Counted from the stretch's first letter, positions 38,027 to 47,697 are shown. The stretch: DNA of 64,000 nucleotides from Comamonadaceae bacterium (GCA_947447355.1 CANFJF010000007.1:711-64710); one strand, 5' to 3'. The notes: generated from the letters alone by a model not told the origin. A program made the numbers and translations.

Positions 38027-39097
38027 ATGAATTCTGCGACCGACCCGAAGTCATTGATCAACATTCAATACCTGCGCGCGGTAGCCGCACTGATGGTCGT
38101 CTGGCTGCATGCCCGAGATCATTTTTCTTGGGTCAAGACGCAATTTCCATCTGAGGCTGGCGCAAGTGGCGTTGACTTATTTTTTGTCATCAGTGGGTTC
38201 ATCATGGTGTACACAACCTATGGCAAAAATATAACGCCCGGTCAATTCATGGCTCGCAGGCTGGAGCGCATTGCACCGCTTTATTGGCTAGCAACGCTGG
38301 CTGTCGTCATCGTTGCAGCACTAGCGCCGGCATTGTTAAAAAGCACCCTGCTCAGCAGTCCCCACATCTTGGCCAGCTTCGCTTTTATTCCGATGCGCTC
38401 GCCTGCGTTCCCGGACAACTACTGGCCATTGGTGATTCCAGGCTGGACGCTCAACTACGAAATGGCGTTCTACGCCGTCTTTGCCGTCACGCTATGGTTA
38501 CAAGGCGTCTGGCGCTTGCTTGCGCTGGGCACGGTATTGGCAGGTGTTGTCTTGTGCGGCATCGCCTTTAACTTGCAGGGCGTTGCAGGCTTTTATGCCA
38601 ACCCGATCATCTTGATCTTTTTGGCCGGCGCCATCATCGGTTATGGGTATGCCTCTGGACGGCTCAAACCGAGCCAATGGGGTGGTGCGCTGATGGTTAG
38701 CTTGGGCTTTGCTCTTTGGCTGGGCATGCAACACGTTCAGGGCGACTATTCATTCCTCCGAGCTGGCCTCCCCGCGACATTGATTGTGATTGGGTTTTGC
38801 CGGATACCCGCGCTGCAGCTCACTTGGCTCAGCTGGCTGTCCAAACTGGGCGACGCATCGTATTCAATTTACCTCACGCACGTCTTTGTTCTAGCGTTCC
38901 TACGCAACGTTCTTCAGCGCATTGGCATCAGCATCGAAAACGCCACATCCGGCTGGCTTTACATGTTCCTCAGCCTGGCATTGAGTGCCGGCTGCGGATT
39001 GCTTATTTTTAGATTCATCGAAAAATTTCTGGCGCAAAAAACCGCGACGCTACGCCTGCGAACACCTTCTATTGCTGCACCGATAATGGCCAAGTGA
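38027..39097 (+). CDS. Acyltransferase-3 family (OafA/NolL-like) integral membrane O-acyltransferase
   Basis: 356-aa ORF. NIQYLRAVAALMVVWLH and GVDLFFVISGFIM are typical N-terminal motifs. GC is lower than in neighbours (hand-counted lines at 45-52%). Confidence 0.75.
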   Translation: MNSATDPKSLINIQYLRAVAALMVVWLHARDHFSWVKTQFPSEAGASGVDLFFVISGFIMVYTTYGKNITPGQFMARRLERIAPLYWLATLAVVIVAALAPALLKSTLLSSPHILASFAFIPMRSPAFPDNYWPLVIPGWTLNYEMAFYAVFAVTLWLQGVWRLLALGTVLAGVVLCGIAFNLQGVAGFYANPIILIFLAGAIIGYGYASGRLKPSQWGGALMVSLGFALWLGMQHVQGDYSFLRAGLPATLIVIGFCRIPALQLTWLSWLSKLGDASYSIYLTHVFVLAFLRNVLQRIGISIENATSGWLYMFLSLALSAGCGLLIFRFIEKFLAQKTATLRLRTPSIAAPIMAK

Positions 39098-39331
39098 GAG
39101 CCAGCAAACACGGTCCGCAACTTGACCTTCAACTGACTCAGTGAGGCGTCAGCAGACGAGGCAGATCAGAGGCATCACTGCACTTTTCAAGCGCCATGAA
39201 CCAGTCCACGACTTGCTCCGCTTGAGTCTTTGAGATCGCCAGCGCGGCCAATTTTGGAACTTCTCCACGACTTCAGCTTCACTGGCAAAGTTCTTTTCAT
39301 TGCCTCGACCCGCTGCGCCGACAGGGTCCAT

Positions 39332-39530
39332 CGTGACTTGCGAGTTCTCCGGATCCGGCCAGATACCGCACACAGACCTTGAACAAAAGGCCAAAAATGC
39401 CGTCGCTGCGAGTGAAGTGCGGCAGCCCATCACCGCGCACCGCCAAGATGGATGGCCGCGCTGCGCTCGCCATGACGGGAGCGGTTTGGTCATGATCGGC
39501 TGGATAAAAAATCCTATGTTCATGGAGAGC
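39332..39530. repeat. Copy C of the mosaic palindromic-unit repeat family
   Basis: It aligns with copy B over about 175 nt, with roughly nine in ten positions identical by eye. The aligned part includes CCGGCCAGATACCGCACACAGACCTTGAAC and GGCTGGATAAAAAATCCTATGTTCATGGAGAGC. Confidence 0.9.
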
Positions 39531-39920
39531 TATTGACGATTATTTTTCTTCACATCGGCCACGCCAAAATGCCGCTCTTGCTGCATTGAGCGGATCGCAT
39601 CGAGCGTGCTGAAGTTACTGCAAACGCAAGCATAAAACTTCAAGGTGATGCCTATCTTCTGCCACCCGCCACCCGCCACCAAGTCTGGCGGTGAGTTCCG
39701 CCAAGTTAAAGCGGTCATTTGAGCGCGAGAAGGTTGAGCAAAAATCGCCGTACTCGCTGTCGAACACATTCACGATTCCCGTCAATCCCCGCTCGGCAGA
39801 CAACGCGCCATACAGCCCGCTTTGCAAAGCGCGGCCGGCGTGCATCCGCTTGACCGTGGCGCCGTACTGCGCAGCCATCAGGCCAGCGACCTGTGTGCCC
39901 GCAATGCCCAGCGCGTGCAC
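39530..39920 (-). pseudogene. Internal fragment of an MmgE/PrpD-family gene, frameshifted by a 7-bp tandem duplication
   Basis: Track ORFs 39615..39920 (HALGIAGTQVAGLMAAQYGATVKRMHAGRALQSGLYG...) and 39530..39769 (...GGGWQKIGITLKFYACVCSNFSTLDAIRSMQ) are consecutive PrpD-like sequence in two frames. ACCCGCC is duplicated at 39663-39676. The N- and C-terminal parts of the family are missing. Confidence 0.7.
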
Positions 39921-40036
39921 GGTTTAGTCGGTCGTGAGTTTGAGAACTCTGACCGTGCCCTTTGCCAATGCCCACACCGGTACCTCTTTCGTAACCAGTC
40001 GGCAGCACCCGCAGGCATGACGCCTTGGCGATGCAC

Positions 40037-40252
40037 ATCGTCGAGCTCTATACCCGGTACCGGCATGCCATTGACGCCTCCAACGGCAATGGCAGTTCGG
40101 TGCATCTGGCAGTGGTGCTGAACGAGAGCATGGCTGACGTTGAGATGGCGCACATGCCGTACAAAGGTCGGGCCACCGCCATGACCGATCTCATGGCCAG
40201 CCAGGTGCAACTCATGTTCAGCAGCTTGGTGGCCATCGAGCCGTACATTAAA
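40037..40252 (+). pseudogene. Internal fragment of a Bug/TctC-family binding-protein gene
   Basis: Within track ORF 40025..40456, IVELYTRYRHAIDASNGNGSSVHLAVVLNESMADVEMAHMPYKGRATAMTDLMASQVQLMFSSLVAIEPYIK matches the central Bug motif (..YAS.G.GS..HL..E......G.....HVPYKG...A..DL.GGQV...F). There is no signal peptide, N-terminal domain or C-terminal domain. Confidence 0.65.
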
Positions 40253-40360
40253 GTCGCGCATGGACGCATAGAAAAAAAACTGGCCGACGGTCGCTTGAAA
40301 ACAAACAGGCGCAGGTTAAGCGCCGGCTCAGGCTGTCGACACTTGACCCGGCATGCGTAC

Positions 40361-41404
40361 TCACCAAGGCGTCTGGAGCCCCGCGCTCAAGCCGAATTCA
40401 GCCAGCTCTTGAACCACTTCAGCAGAAAGCGGTATGCCCTTCTGCCGACGCTCTGAAGCAGTGCGATGACCGCGCTCCCCCGGCATCAAGATATCGCCGT
40501 TTTCTTCAAGTGCCGGCAAATTTTTAAGTGCGGCCACCGTGCGTGCGACTTCGCTGCGAAACGTCTCTTCAGGACAGAACCTGAAGGCGTCGATCGCAAT
40601 GATGCAGGCATTTTGCTGGTGTTTGCGGCCGCCCGGTTTGCCGGAAAAAAATTCTGACACCAAAGGGTTCATCACCAGTAGGCTGGTGATGAGTTCGAAC
40701 ATCAACGCCAAGCCCGAACCTTTGGGCCCGGCAAACGGCAAGGGAATGACGGCTTGTTGCGGGTCGGTCGTCGGGTTGCCTTTTGCGTCAAGTGCGAGGC
40801 CTTCGGCTAAAACTTGGTTGCGCAATTTGGCTTGCTTGAGCTGGCCTAAGGAAACAATGCTAGAGGCCATGTCCAAAACGATCGGTTCGTTCAACTCGCC
40901 TGGCACTGCAATTGACAACGGTGCGGTAGACACACCGGCCACACGGGTCCCGTGGTAGGCCATCATGGGAATCGAGGCTGAATAGGCGATGCCGATCATC
41001 CCCTGCTGCGCCAGTTGCTGGGTGTAATAACCCAGCGCGCCGGTGTGCGTCGTCGCCCGCACCAACACCAGCCCCAAGCCGACCGCGCGGGCTTTGTCAA
41101 CCGCACGTTCGACCGCCAGGCCCATGGCCACGGTGCCGGCGCTGGCATCCGCATCGATGATTTGCAACGCCACGGTGTCGTCGGTGACCCGCAGATTCGG
41201 TGCCTTGTTGATGACACCTTTTTGAATGAAGTTCAAATAGAAGCCGACACGGCTAACACCATGCGAGTCGACGCCACGCAAGTCAGCCCAGACCAAGGCG
41301 TCTGCGACAAGAGCCGAATGCTCAGGCGACAAACCGGCATGCTCAAAAATCTTGGCGGTATAGGTTTTGAGTGCGTCCCCGGAGACAACGACGACTGAAG
41401 TCAT
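40361..41404 (-). CDS. Ldh_2-family (malate/L-lactate/ureidoglycolate dehydrogenase type 2) oxidoreductase
   Basis: 347-aa ORF. ALVWADLRGVDSHGVSRV, HTGALGYY and GPKGSGLALMFE are family motifs. Confidence 0.8.
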   Translation of the reverse strand: MTSVVVVSGDALKTYTAKIFEHAGLSPEHSALVADALVWADLRGVDSHGVSRVGFYLNFIQKGVINKAPNLRVTDDTVALQIIDADASAGTVAMGLAVERAVDKARAVGLGLVLVRATTHTGALGYYTQQLAQQGMIGIAYSASIPMMAYHGTRVAGVSTAPLSIAVPGELNEPIVLDMASSIVSLGQLKQAKLRNQVLAEGLALDAKGNPTTDPQQAVIPLPFAGPKGSGLALMFELITSLLVMNPLVSEFFSGKPGGRKHQQNACIIAIDAFRFCPEETFRSEVARTVAALKNLPALEENGDILMPGERGHRTASERRQKGIPLSAEVVQELAEFGLSAGLQTPW

Positions 41405-42393
41405 TGACGTTCAATCTTTCGGCCATCGATCACTTGACGCCATTTTTTGAGCTCGTTGGACACATAGACATTCATCTCTGCGGCTGAATTCACTTGCGGC
41501 TCGCCACCAAGTTCGCGCAAGCGACGTGAAACCTCCGGGTTGCTGACCATTTTTCGGATTTCGCTGTTCAACGCTTGGACGATGGGCTCTGGCGTTCCTC
41601 CCGTGGCGGCCAGACCGATGAAGGAGTAGACCTCATAACCCGGCAGACTTTCCGCGACCGTGGGCAGCTCTGGCATGGCTTTGTAGCGTTCATGGCCCGT
41701 CGAGGCCAAAGCACGCAACTTCCCACTTTTGATCAGCGGCAAGGACAGCGTGGGCGCTTCGAAGATCAAATCAACCCGACCCCCGAGCAACTCGCTCAAG
41801 GCACTGGTCCCGCCTTTGGTGGGGATGTGAACCGTCTCAATGCCCCCCATGACATTCATCAATTCTGCCGACAGGTGGCTGATGGAGCCGATGCCGGAGG
41901 TGGCGTAATTCAGCTTCCCCTGGTTGTTCTTGGCGTAGGTCAAGAGCTCCGCAAAAGTCTTGAACGGCGCATTGGCCGGGACATTGACGATAAAGGGGTA
42001 GGACGTGACCATCGACACCATCGCGAGGTCTTTGACGTAGTCAAATTGAGGCGTCTTGGCCAAGGCGGCCGCAGCCGGATAAGCGCCCGTCACCAGCAGC
42101 AAGGTGTAGCCGTCCGGCTTGGCTTTGGCCACCAATGCCGACCCCACCATGCCGCCCGCACCCGGCTTGTTCTCGACCACCACCGGGACGTTCAATCCCT
42201 CGCTCAGCTTTTGCCCGATCAGGCGGGCCATGATGTCGGCTGAGCCGCCGGGCGCAAATGGACAGACCAGTGTGATGGGCCGCGCTGGGTAGGCTTGCGC
42301 CAATGCAGGCACCGGTAGTACGGCGATCAGTGCCGTTAGCGCGATCAGCGTCAAGGGGCCGAAAAACACTTTTTTAAGATTCAAGTTCATCAA
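41401..42393 (-). CDS. Bug/TctC-family tripartite tricarboxylate transporter substrate-binding protein
   Basis: 330-aa ORF with a signal peptide, YPARPITLVCPFAPGGSADIMAR, and HIPTKGGTSALSELLGGRVDLIF. It overlaps the Ldh_2 gene start by 4 nt. Confidence 0.85.
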   Translation of the reverse strand: MMNLNLKKVFFGPLTLIALTALIAVLPVPALAQAYPARPITLVCPFAPGGSADIMARLIGQKLSEGLNVPVVVENKPGAGGMVGSALVAKAKPDGYTLLLVTGAYPAAAALAKTPQFDYVKDLAMVSMVTSYPFIVNVPANAPFKTFAELLTYAKNNQGKLNYATSGIGSISHLSAELMNVMGGIETVHIPTKGGTSALSELLGGRVDLIFEAPTLSLPLIKSGKLRALASTGHERYKAMPELPTVAESLPGYEVYSFIGLAATGGTPEPIVQALNSEIRKMVSNPEVSRRLRELGGEPQVNSAAEMNVYVSNELKKWRQVIDGRKIERQ

Positions 42394-42438
42394 AATTCCA
42401 ATGTCAATGTGACGCCATCATGGAGCGCAGGCGCAAGC

Positions 42439-43395
42439 TTACTGGCGCTCCATGTGCATGGTGCTGACAAGACTCGTCCACTTGTCGACCTCGCTGAACA
42501 GTTTGTTGCGTAGCTCCGCAGGTGTTCCGCCACGCGGGTCGATACCCAAGTCCTGAAAACGTTTTTGAACGTCAGGCAAGGCCAGCACGGCATTGACCTC
42601 TTTGTTCAGCCTGTCGATGATGGCCTTAGGCGTTTTGGCCGGTGCAGCCAAACCATTCCAAGCGCTGACGTCAAAATCCTTGACGCCACTTTCCATCATC
42701 GTGGGCACGTCCGGTAATCCAGCAAAGCGCTTTCCCGACGACACCGCAATGGCGCGCAGTTCGCCCCCCCGAATCAGGCTCAGTGCCGGCGAGACCACTT
42801 CAAAAACAACGTCGATGTCCTTGCCTTTGAGTGCGGCAAAAAGTGCGGGGGTTGCTTTGTAAGGCACGATTGGAGAATCAACCCCAGTGATGCTCTTGAA
42901 CAAAGTGGCCGCCATGTGCTGCCCACTGCCGATGCTGACGGTGCCGATGTTGGTCTTGCCCGGATTGGCTCGGGCCTTGATCATGAAGTCAGCCACGGTC
43001 TTGATGTCAGAGCTCTTGTCGACCAGCACGACAAAGTCGACTGCACCCATGTTGGCAATCGACTCAAAGTCTTTCTTCACGTCAAACGACAGCTTCCGAA
43101 ACGACGCCGCGCTGATGGCGTTTCCGGAGTTCAGGTGCAGCAGGGTGTAGCCATCCGGGTCGGCCTTGGCGACCAAGTCGCCGGCCATGATGCCGCCTGC
43201 GCTGGGTCGGTTTTCGACAATCACAGGCTGCCCCATGGACTCCGTTAATTTTTGCGCGACCAGCCGGGCCGTGATGTCGGCGACGCCGCCAGGCCCGTAA
43301 CCGACGACCAACCGAATCGGTTTGCTGGGGTAAGTTTGTGCTGTTGCTGTGCCGAGCCCCATAGCAATACACAGCGACATGAGAAAACGAATCAT
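42439..43395 (-). CDS. Bug/TctC-family substrate-binding protein
   Basis: 318-aa ORF with a signal peptide and YPSKPIRLVVGYGPGGVADITAR. Confidence 0.85.
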   Translation of the reverse strand: MIRFLMSLCIAMGLGTATAQTYPSKPIRLVVGYGPGGVADITARLVAQKLTESMGQPVIVENRPSAGGIMAGDLVAKADPDGYTLLHLNSGNAISAASFRKLSFDVKKDFESIANMGAVDFVVLVDKSSDIKTVADFMIKARANPGKTNIGTVSIGSGQHMAATLFKSITGVDSPIVPYKATPALFAALKGKDIDVVFEVVSPALSLIRGGELRAIAVSSGKRFAGLPDVPTMMESGVKDFDVSAWNGLAAPAKTPKAIIDRLNKEVNAVLALPDVQKRFQDLGIDPRGGTPAELRNKLFSEVDKWTSLVSTMHMERQ

Positions 43396-43416
43396 GATTT
43401 GGCCTTTGTGAAAGGT

Positions 43417-44352
43417 CTAGGGAGTGAGGAGACCTGCCGCCACCAAGGCTTGGCGTATACGCTCGATTTCAGGCGCCTGAATTTTGACCAGTGGAGGCCG
43501 CACCACGGCGCGCGGGAGTTTGCCAAGCAAGACCAGCGCTTCTTTCATCCGGTTGTGCATGTCCACGAACGGCTCCGCGTAAAACACCTCGGCGGTGTGA
43601 TAAATGCGGTCATGGATCTGCTGGGCCAAGGCCAAGTCCTTGGCTTGCACGGCTTGGAAAAGTTGCGCCTGTAAGTCAGCGATGACGGAACCGCTGCCAG
43701 ACAACAAGCCATGGCACCCGAGCACCAGCGAACTGAACAACCATGCACTGTGCGTACTCAACACACTCACCGGTGGCGTTCGTGTCTGCAGGGCACGAAT
43801 CTGACGATCGGCGAGTTGGGCGCTGCCACACCAGTCTTTGATCGCCACCAAAGTGGGGACCGCTTCAATCATCTTGATGAGCGTTGGCAGGGGGTAGCCC
43901 TGACCACCACTGGGCGCATATTGAAAAGCAATGAGGGGCAAGTCGGTCACGTCGGCAATGCGCTTGAAATGTTCTATCGCCATCTCAGGCCGCTGGCCAA
44001 AAGTGTAAATAGCCGGCGGAAATACCAACAAAGCGGAGGCACCGCCGTCATCCGCCATCTTGGCCAGTCGTTGCGCTTCCATGCTGCCATCCGCATAAAT
44101 GCCGTTGACGATGGGTAAACGATCACCGACTTCATCTTGCGTGATGGCGAGCACACGCTGTTGCTCATCAAAAGTACACGAGGCCACTTCTGTCGAATGG
44201 GCATTGGTGGTGACAGCACTGATGCCGCTGACGCTGGCGACATCACGCAAATGAGCTCGGTAGCTCGCTTCATCAATTGACAAGTCATCGTTGAACGGAA
44301 GTAGTACCGCAGGAATAACGCCGTGTGGCTTGAACTGAATGCGGGCGGTCAT
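43417..44352 (-). CDS. Dihydrodipicolinate synthase/N-acetylneuraminate lyase family (class I aldolase) protein
   Basis: 311-aa ORF. GVIPAVLLPFNDDLSIDEASYRAHL, TTNAHSTEV and VAIKDW (catalytic Lys region) fit the DapA family. Confidence 0.8.
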   Translation of the reverse strand: MTARIQFKPHGVIPAVLLPFNDDLSIDEASYRAHLRDVASVSGISAVTTNAHSTEVASCTFDEQQRVLAITQDEVGDRLPIVNGIYADGSMEAQRLAKMADDGGASALLVFPPAIYTFGQRPEMAIEHFKRIADVTDLPLIAFQYAPSGGQGYPLPTLIKMIEAVPTLVAIKDWCGSAQLADRQIRALQTRTPPVSVLSTHSAWLFSSLVLGCHGLLSGSGSVIADLQAQLFQAVQAKDLALAQQIHDRIYHTAEVFYAEPFVDMHNRMKEALVLLGKLPRAVVRPPLVKIQAPEIERIRQALVAAGLLTP

Positions 44353-44448
44353 GAACGATCCTTTGAAGATAACTTTATTTTTTATCGTATAACATCCGCG
44401 TCATTCTGTGACTAGAAAAATCCCTAATAAGCAAGGGCTGGAGCGACG

Positions 44449-45330
44449 ATGCAACGTGATGTATTTTTTGATTCGGATGGCCTGAAACTCGCTGGCGTCC
44501 TGCATACACCGGACGACATGAAACCCGGTGAATCCAGACCCGCGATTGCGGTATTGCACGGTTTTGGTGGCACCAAAAATGGCGGCGTCCCGCCCTCCGT
44601 AGCGGCCATCCTCGAGGGCATGGGTTATGTGGTGCTGCGCTTCGACATGCGTGGTTGCGGCGACAGCCAAGGCCCGCGCGGCCGAGTGATTTGCCTCGAG
44701 CAGGTACAAGACACGCGCAATGCCATTTCATTTTTAGAAACATGCCCTGAAGTTTCAAAGAAAAAAATAGGCGTCCTTGGCTTTAGTTTTGGCGCTGCTG
44801 TGGCGGTCTACACCGCAGGTGTTGACGAGCGCATCGCCGCCTGTATTTCTGCCGGTGGTTGGGGCAACGGCGAAAAGAAATTTCAAAAACAACATGCAAC
44901 TCCGGAAGCCTGGAAAAAATTCTCAGACATGCTTCAGCATGGTCGCGCTGAACTCAAACGCGGTGTCTCCATCGATGTTCCGCGTTTTGACATCGTCCCG
45001 ATTCGCCCAGGCATGCGCAACCATCTCGCAGATGGCGCAGTGATGTCCTTCCCGTTCGACGTTGTTGAAAGCATGTACACCTTCCGAGCCAACGATGTTG
45101 TTGCCAACATTGCACCCAGGCCCTTGCTGCTAATGCACCCGGCCAATGACACCGTCACGCCCACCGAGCAGTCGATTGACATGTTCCAGTTGGCCGGGCA
45201 ACCCACTGAATTGCATTTGTTTGCGGAAGTCGATCACTTCATGCTCGCAGAGAACAACCCCGTCGTACAAGGTGTTCTGTCAAATTGGCTGGGCAAATAT
45301 TTCCCGCTGACTGGAACGACAACGCACTGA
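44449..45330 (+). CDS. Alpha/beta-fold hydrolase
   Basis: 293-aa ORF with VLHGFGGTK, the nucleophile elbow GFSFGA, and a C-terminal DH pair (VDHFM). Confidence 0.75.
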   Translation: MQRDVFFDSDGLKLAGVLHTPDDMKPGESRPAIAVLHGFGGTKNGGVPPSVAAILEGMGYVVLRFDMRGCGDSQGPRGRVICLEQVQDTRNAISFLETCPEVSKKKIGVLGFSFGAAVAVYTAGVDERIAACISAGGWGNGEKKFQKQHATPEAWKKFSDMLQHGRAELKRGVSIDVPRFDIVPIRPGMRNHLADGAVMSFPFDVVESMYTFRANDVVANIAPRPLLLMHPANDTVTPTEQSIDMFQLAGQPTELHLFAEVDHFMLAENNPVVQGVLSNWLGKYFPLTGTTTH

Positions 45331-45373
45331 ATCGGCGGTGTCATTGGCTGAGTTCAAACGGAGACCTTGAGTC

Positions 45374-46597
45374 ATGTCAGAAAATAGTTACTGCGTTGAG
45401 GGCGTCTCACTGACACGGCCCTTTCAGATTCGAAGACTCGGACATTTTGGAATCAATGTGGCATCGGTTGACGTTGCACTGGATTTCTACAGCCGCTTGC
45501 TTGGGTTTGAAATCTCAGATGAACTCGACTTTGGTCCGCGTGTTCCTGAGGCCGTCAAAGCGCAGGTCGGTCCGACGCGCGGGGTTTTTACACGTCACGG
45601 TACGGATCACCATTCTTTTGTACTGTTCCCCAAACGCGCAGTAGAAGCCAGTAACCCGCACTACGGCCCCTATCCGGAACTCACGGTCAATCAGATCACC
45701 TGGCAGGTTTCCTCCTTGCGTGAGGTGGTTGATGGTTTCAAATGGTTTAGCGAGCAGGGTTTGAAAATTTTGCGATCCGGTCGCGACACGCCGGGCTCTA
45801 ACTGGCATATTTACCCAGCAGACCCTGACGGCCATGTGAACGAGCTCTATTACGGCATTGAACAAATCGGATGGGCCGGCATGTCGAAGCCCCTTGCCAT
45901 GCACGGCATACGCTACATGCAACCGCCAGAACTACCACACCGGTCTGAATTTTCTGAAGTCAATGCGGCCTTAGAACAAGGTTTAGCTTTGGATGGCGGA
46001 TACCGCCGAAAGATGCCGCTGCCTGAGACCTTCGACGTCGGCGGCGTCTTGCTGGCACGCCCATTCAAAATCACCAAAATCGGGCCGGTTCGGATCTTTG
46101 TCAAAGATGTCAACGAGGCTTTGGATTTTTACCAAAAAACGCTGGGCTTGAGCCTGACCGAGGAGATCATCTACGAGGGTCATCGTTGCGTGTTCCTGCG
46201 TGCCAACACCGAGCACCATTCGCTGGCGGTCTACCCGATCGCCCTGCGCAACGTTTTAGGTCTTACTGATAACTCCAGCCTGTTCGGTTTTGGCGTCCAG
46301 CTCGGAAGCTACGCCCAACTGCGCGATGCGATAGCCTTCCTCACGCAAGCCGGCCTGCAATTCAAAGAACTGCCCCAAGCGCTGTTTCCTGGCATGGGCC
46401 ACCATGTGTGGCTCTCTGATCCGGACGGCAATCTGGTGCAGCTTTATTGGGAAATGGAGCAAATAGGCTGGGACGGCAAGCCGCGCCCCGCCAATTTACG
46501 CAGGTCTTGGAATGCAGATCCGACCCGATGGCAGGCCGAAATAAGTCCGCAAAGCGACAGCTACTCGGGGGAAGTTTTCTTGGGTCCGCTGAACTGA
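45374..46597 (+). CDS. Multi-module VOC-superfamily protein (extradiol-dioxygenase-like)
   Basis: 407-aa ORF with repeated VOC modules (RRLGHFGINVASVDVALDFYSRLLGFEI; KIGPVRIFVKDVNEALDFYQKTLGLSL; SDPDGNLVQLY). Confidence 0.65.
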   Translation: MSENSYCVEGVSLTRPFQIRRLGHFGINVASVDVALDFYSRLLGFEISDELDFGPRVPEAVKAQVGPTRGVFTRHGTDHHSFVLFPKRAVEASNPHYGPYPELTVNQITWQVSSLREVVDGFKWFSEQGLKILRSGRDTPGSNWHIYPADPDGHVNELYYGIEQIGWAGMSKPLAMHGIRYMQPPELPHRSEFSEVNAALEQGLALDGGYRRKMPLPETFDVGGVLLARPFKITKIGPVRIFVKDVNEALDFYQKTLGLSLTEEIIYEGHRCVFLRANTEHHSLAVYPIALRNVLGLTDNSSLFGFGVQLGSYAQLRDAIAFLTQAGLQFKELPQALFPGMGHHVWLSDPDGNLVQLYWEMEQIGWDGKPRPANLRRSWNADPTRWQAEISPQSDSYSGEVFLGPLN

Positions 46598-46743
46598 GTC
46601 GCCCTAAGGCCTGTTCATTGGGTGATGTACGCCCTTCAACCGTCTCGAATCGACTTGCTGAGGCTCAAAGGGAGATCGAATTGAACATTTTTAACAGTTG
46701 CCATTGACTGATCCGTCTTGAACAACATCGGACGACATGCTGT

Positions 46744-47697
46744 TTAAGAATTTCTCTCAAGGACTTCCAGCGTCGGGCGTTCGCCGGCCGCTTTGCCAGT
46801 GATGGGCGGTTTGGGCAGCTTGGCTTCTCCCGGTTCAACAACAAAGTGATGGTCCAGCGAGTACCACGGACCCGTCACATCATCGGCAGGGGCGGCCTCG
46901 TGGTCATGAAGAACGTACTGGCCCACCAAAGCCTTCGTCACACCGAACTGGACATCGGTTTCGAGGTGGGGGTCATCGCTTGAATAGACCTGCGCGAACT
47001 GCGTTTTGTAACCCGGCTTGAAGATCATGAAATGAATATGCGCGGGTCGCATGTTGTGTCGCCCTTGTGCGCGCAAAAGCGCCCCGACCGGGCCACTCAA
47101 AGGAATCGGGTAACCCACGGGCTTGATGCTGCGAAATGAGATGTGGCCGGCTGCATCTGTCGTGAACTTGCCGCGCAGATTCATGTCGCCTTGTCCTGGA
47201 TCCTGGTTCTCGTAAAACCCTTCCGAAGATGCCTGCCAGATGTCGACGTCTGCACCCTCAACGGGACGACCCGTTTTGTCCCTTATCCAGGCGTTGACAA
47301 ACACGGGCGCACCGGGTGTCGTGGAGCGAACGATCGAGCCGCCATTCTGAGTGCGCGGCGAGTCCATCCGCCAGAACGGACCCATCAGGTTCGCCGTGGT
47401 TTCTGTTTGGCCTTGGTCGCCATTGTTGAGGAGACACACCAGCGCCGAAATGCCCAGTGAACCACTGATCAAAACCACTTCGTTGTGCGAGGCCGTGGTG
47501 AGTTGGCCCAATTGAGCGATCACGCCACACGCCTGATGGAACTCCGCTTCGGTTAACTGGGCGTCACGAATAAAGCCGTGCAGATGCTTCACCGCTGCGG
47601 TCATGATCTCCTTGAAGCGCGGATCGCTTGCACGCTGCAACTCGGCGAGCACAGCTTCGGTGACGTCATTTTGGTTCTGGATAATCAAAGAAAGCAT
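46744..47697 (-). CDS. Intradiol ring-cleavage dioxygenase (hydroxyquinol/catechol 1,2-dioxygenase type)
   Basis: 317-aa ORF with an N-terminal dioxygenase_N helix region. The core shows in GPFW, VDIWQASSEGFYENQ, GKFTTDAAGHISFRSIKPVGYPIP and RPAHIHFMI. Confidence 0.85.
   Translation of the reverse strand: MLSLIIQNQNDVTEAVLAELQRASDPRFKEIMTAAVKHLHGFIRDAQLTEAEFHQACGVIAQLGQLTTASHNEVVLISGSLGISALVCLLNNGDQGQTETTANLMGPFWRMDSPRTQNGGSIVRSTTPGAPVFVNAWIRDKTGRPVEGADVDIWQASSEGFYENQDPGQGDMNLRGKFTTDAAGHISFRSIKPVGYPIPLSGPVGALLRAQGRHNMRPAHIHFMIFKPGYKTQFAQVYSSDDPHLETDVQFGVTKALVGQYVLHDHEAAPADDVTGPWYSLDHHFVVEPGEAKLPKPPITGKAAGERPTLEVLERNS

Noticed and set aside
39149-39300. Minus-strand reading ...LAISKTQAEQVVDWFMALEKCSDASDLPRLLTPH*, which is faintly reminiscent of a small antitoxin or addiction-module C-terminus.
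   Set aside because: It has no start codon in frame, only about 45 codons, no toxin partner, and similarity too vague to support. It may be one more remnant in the degraded zone.
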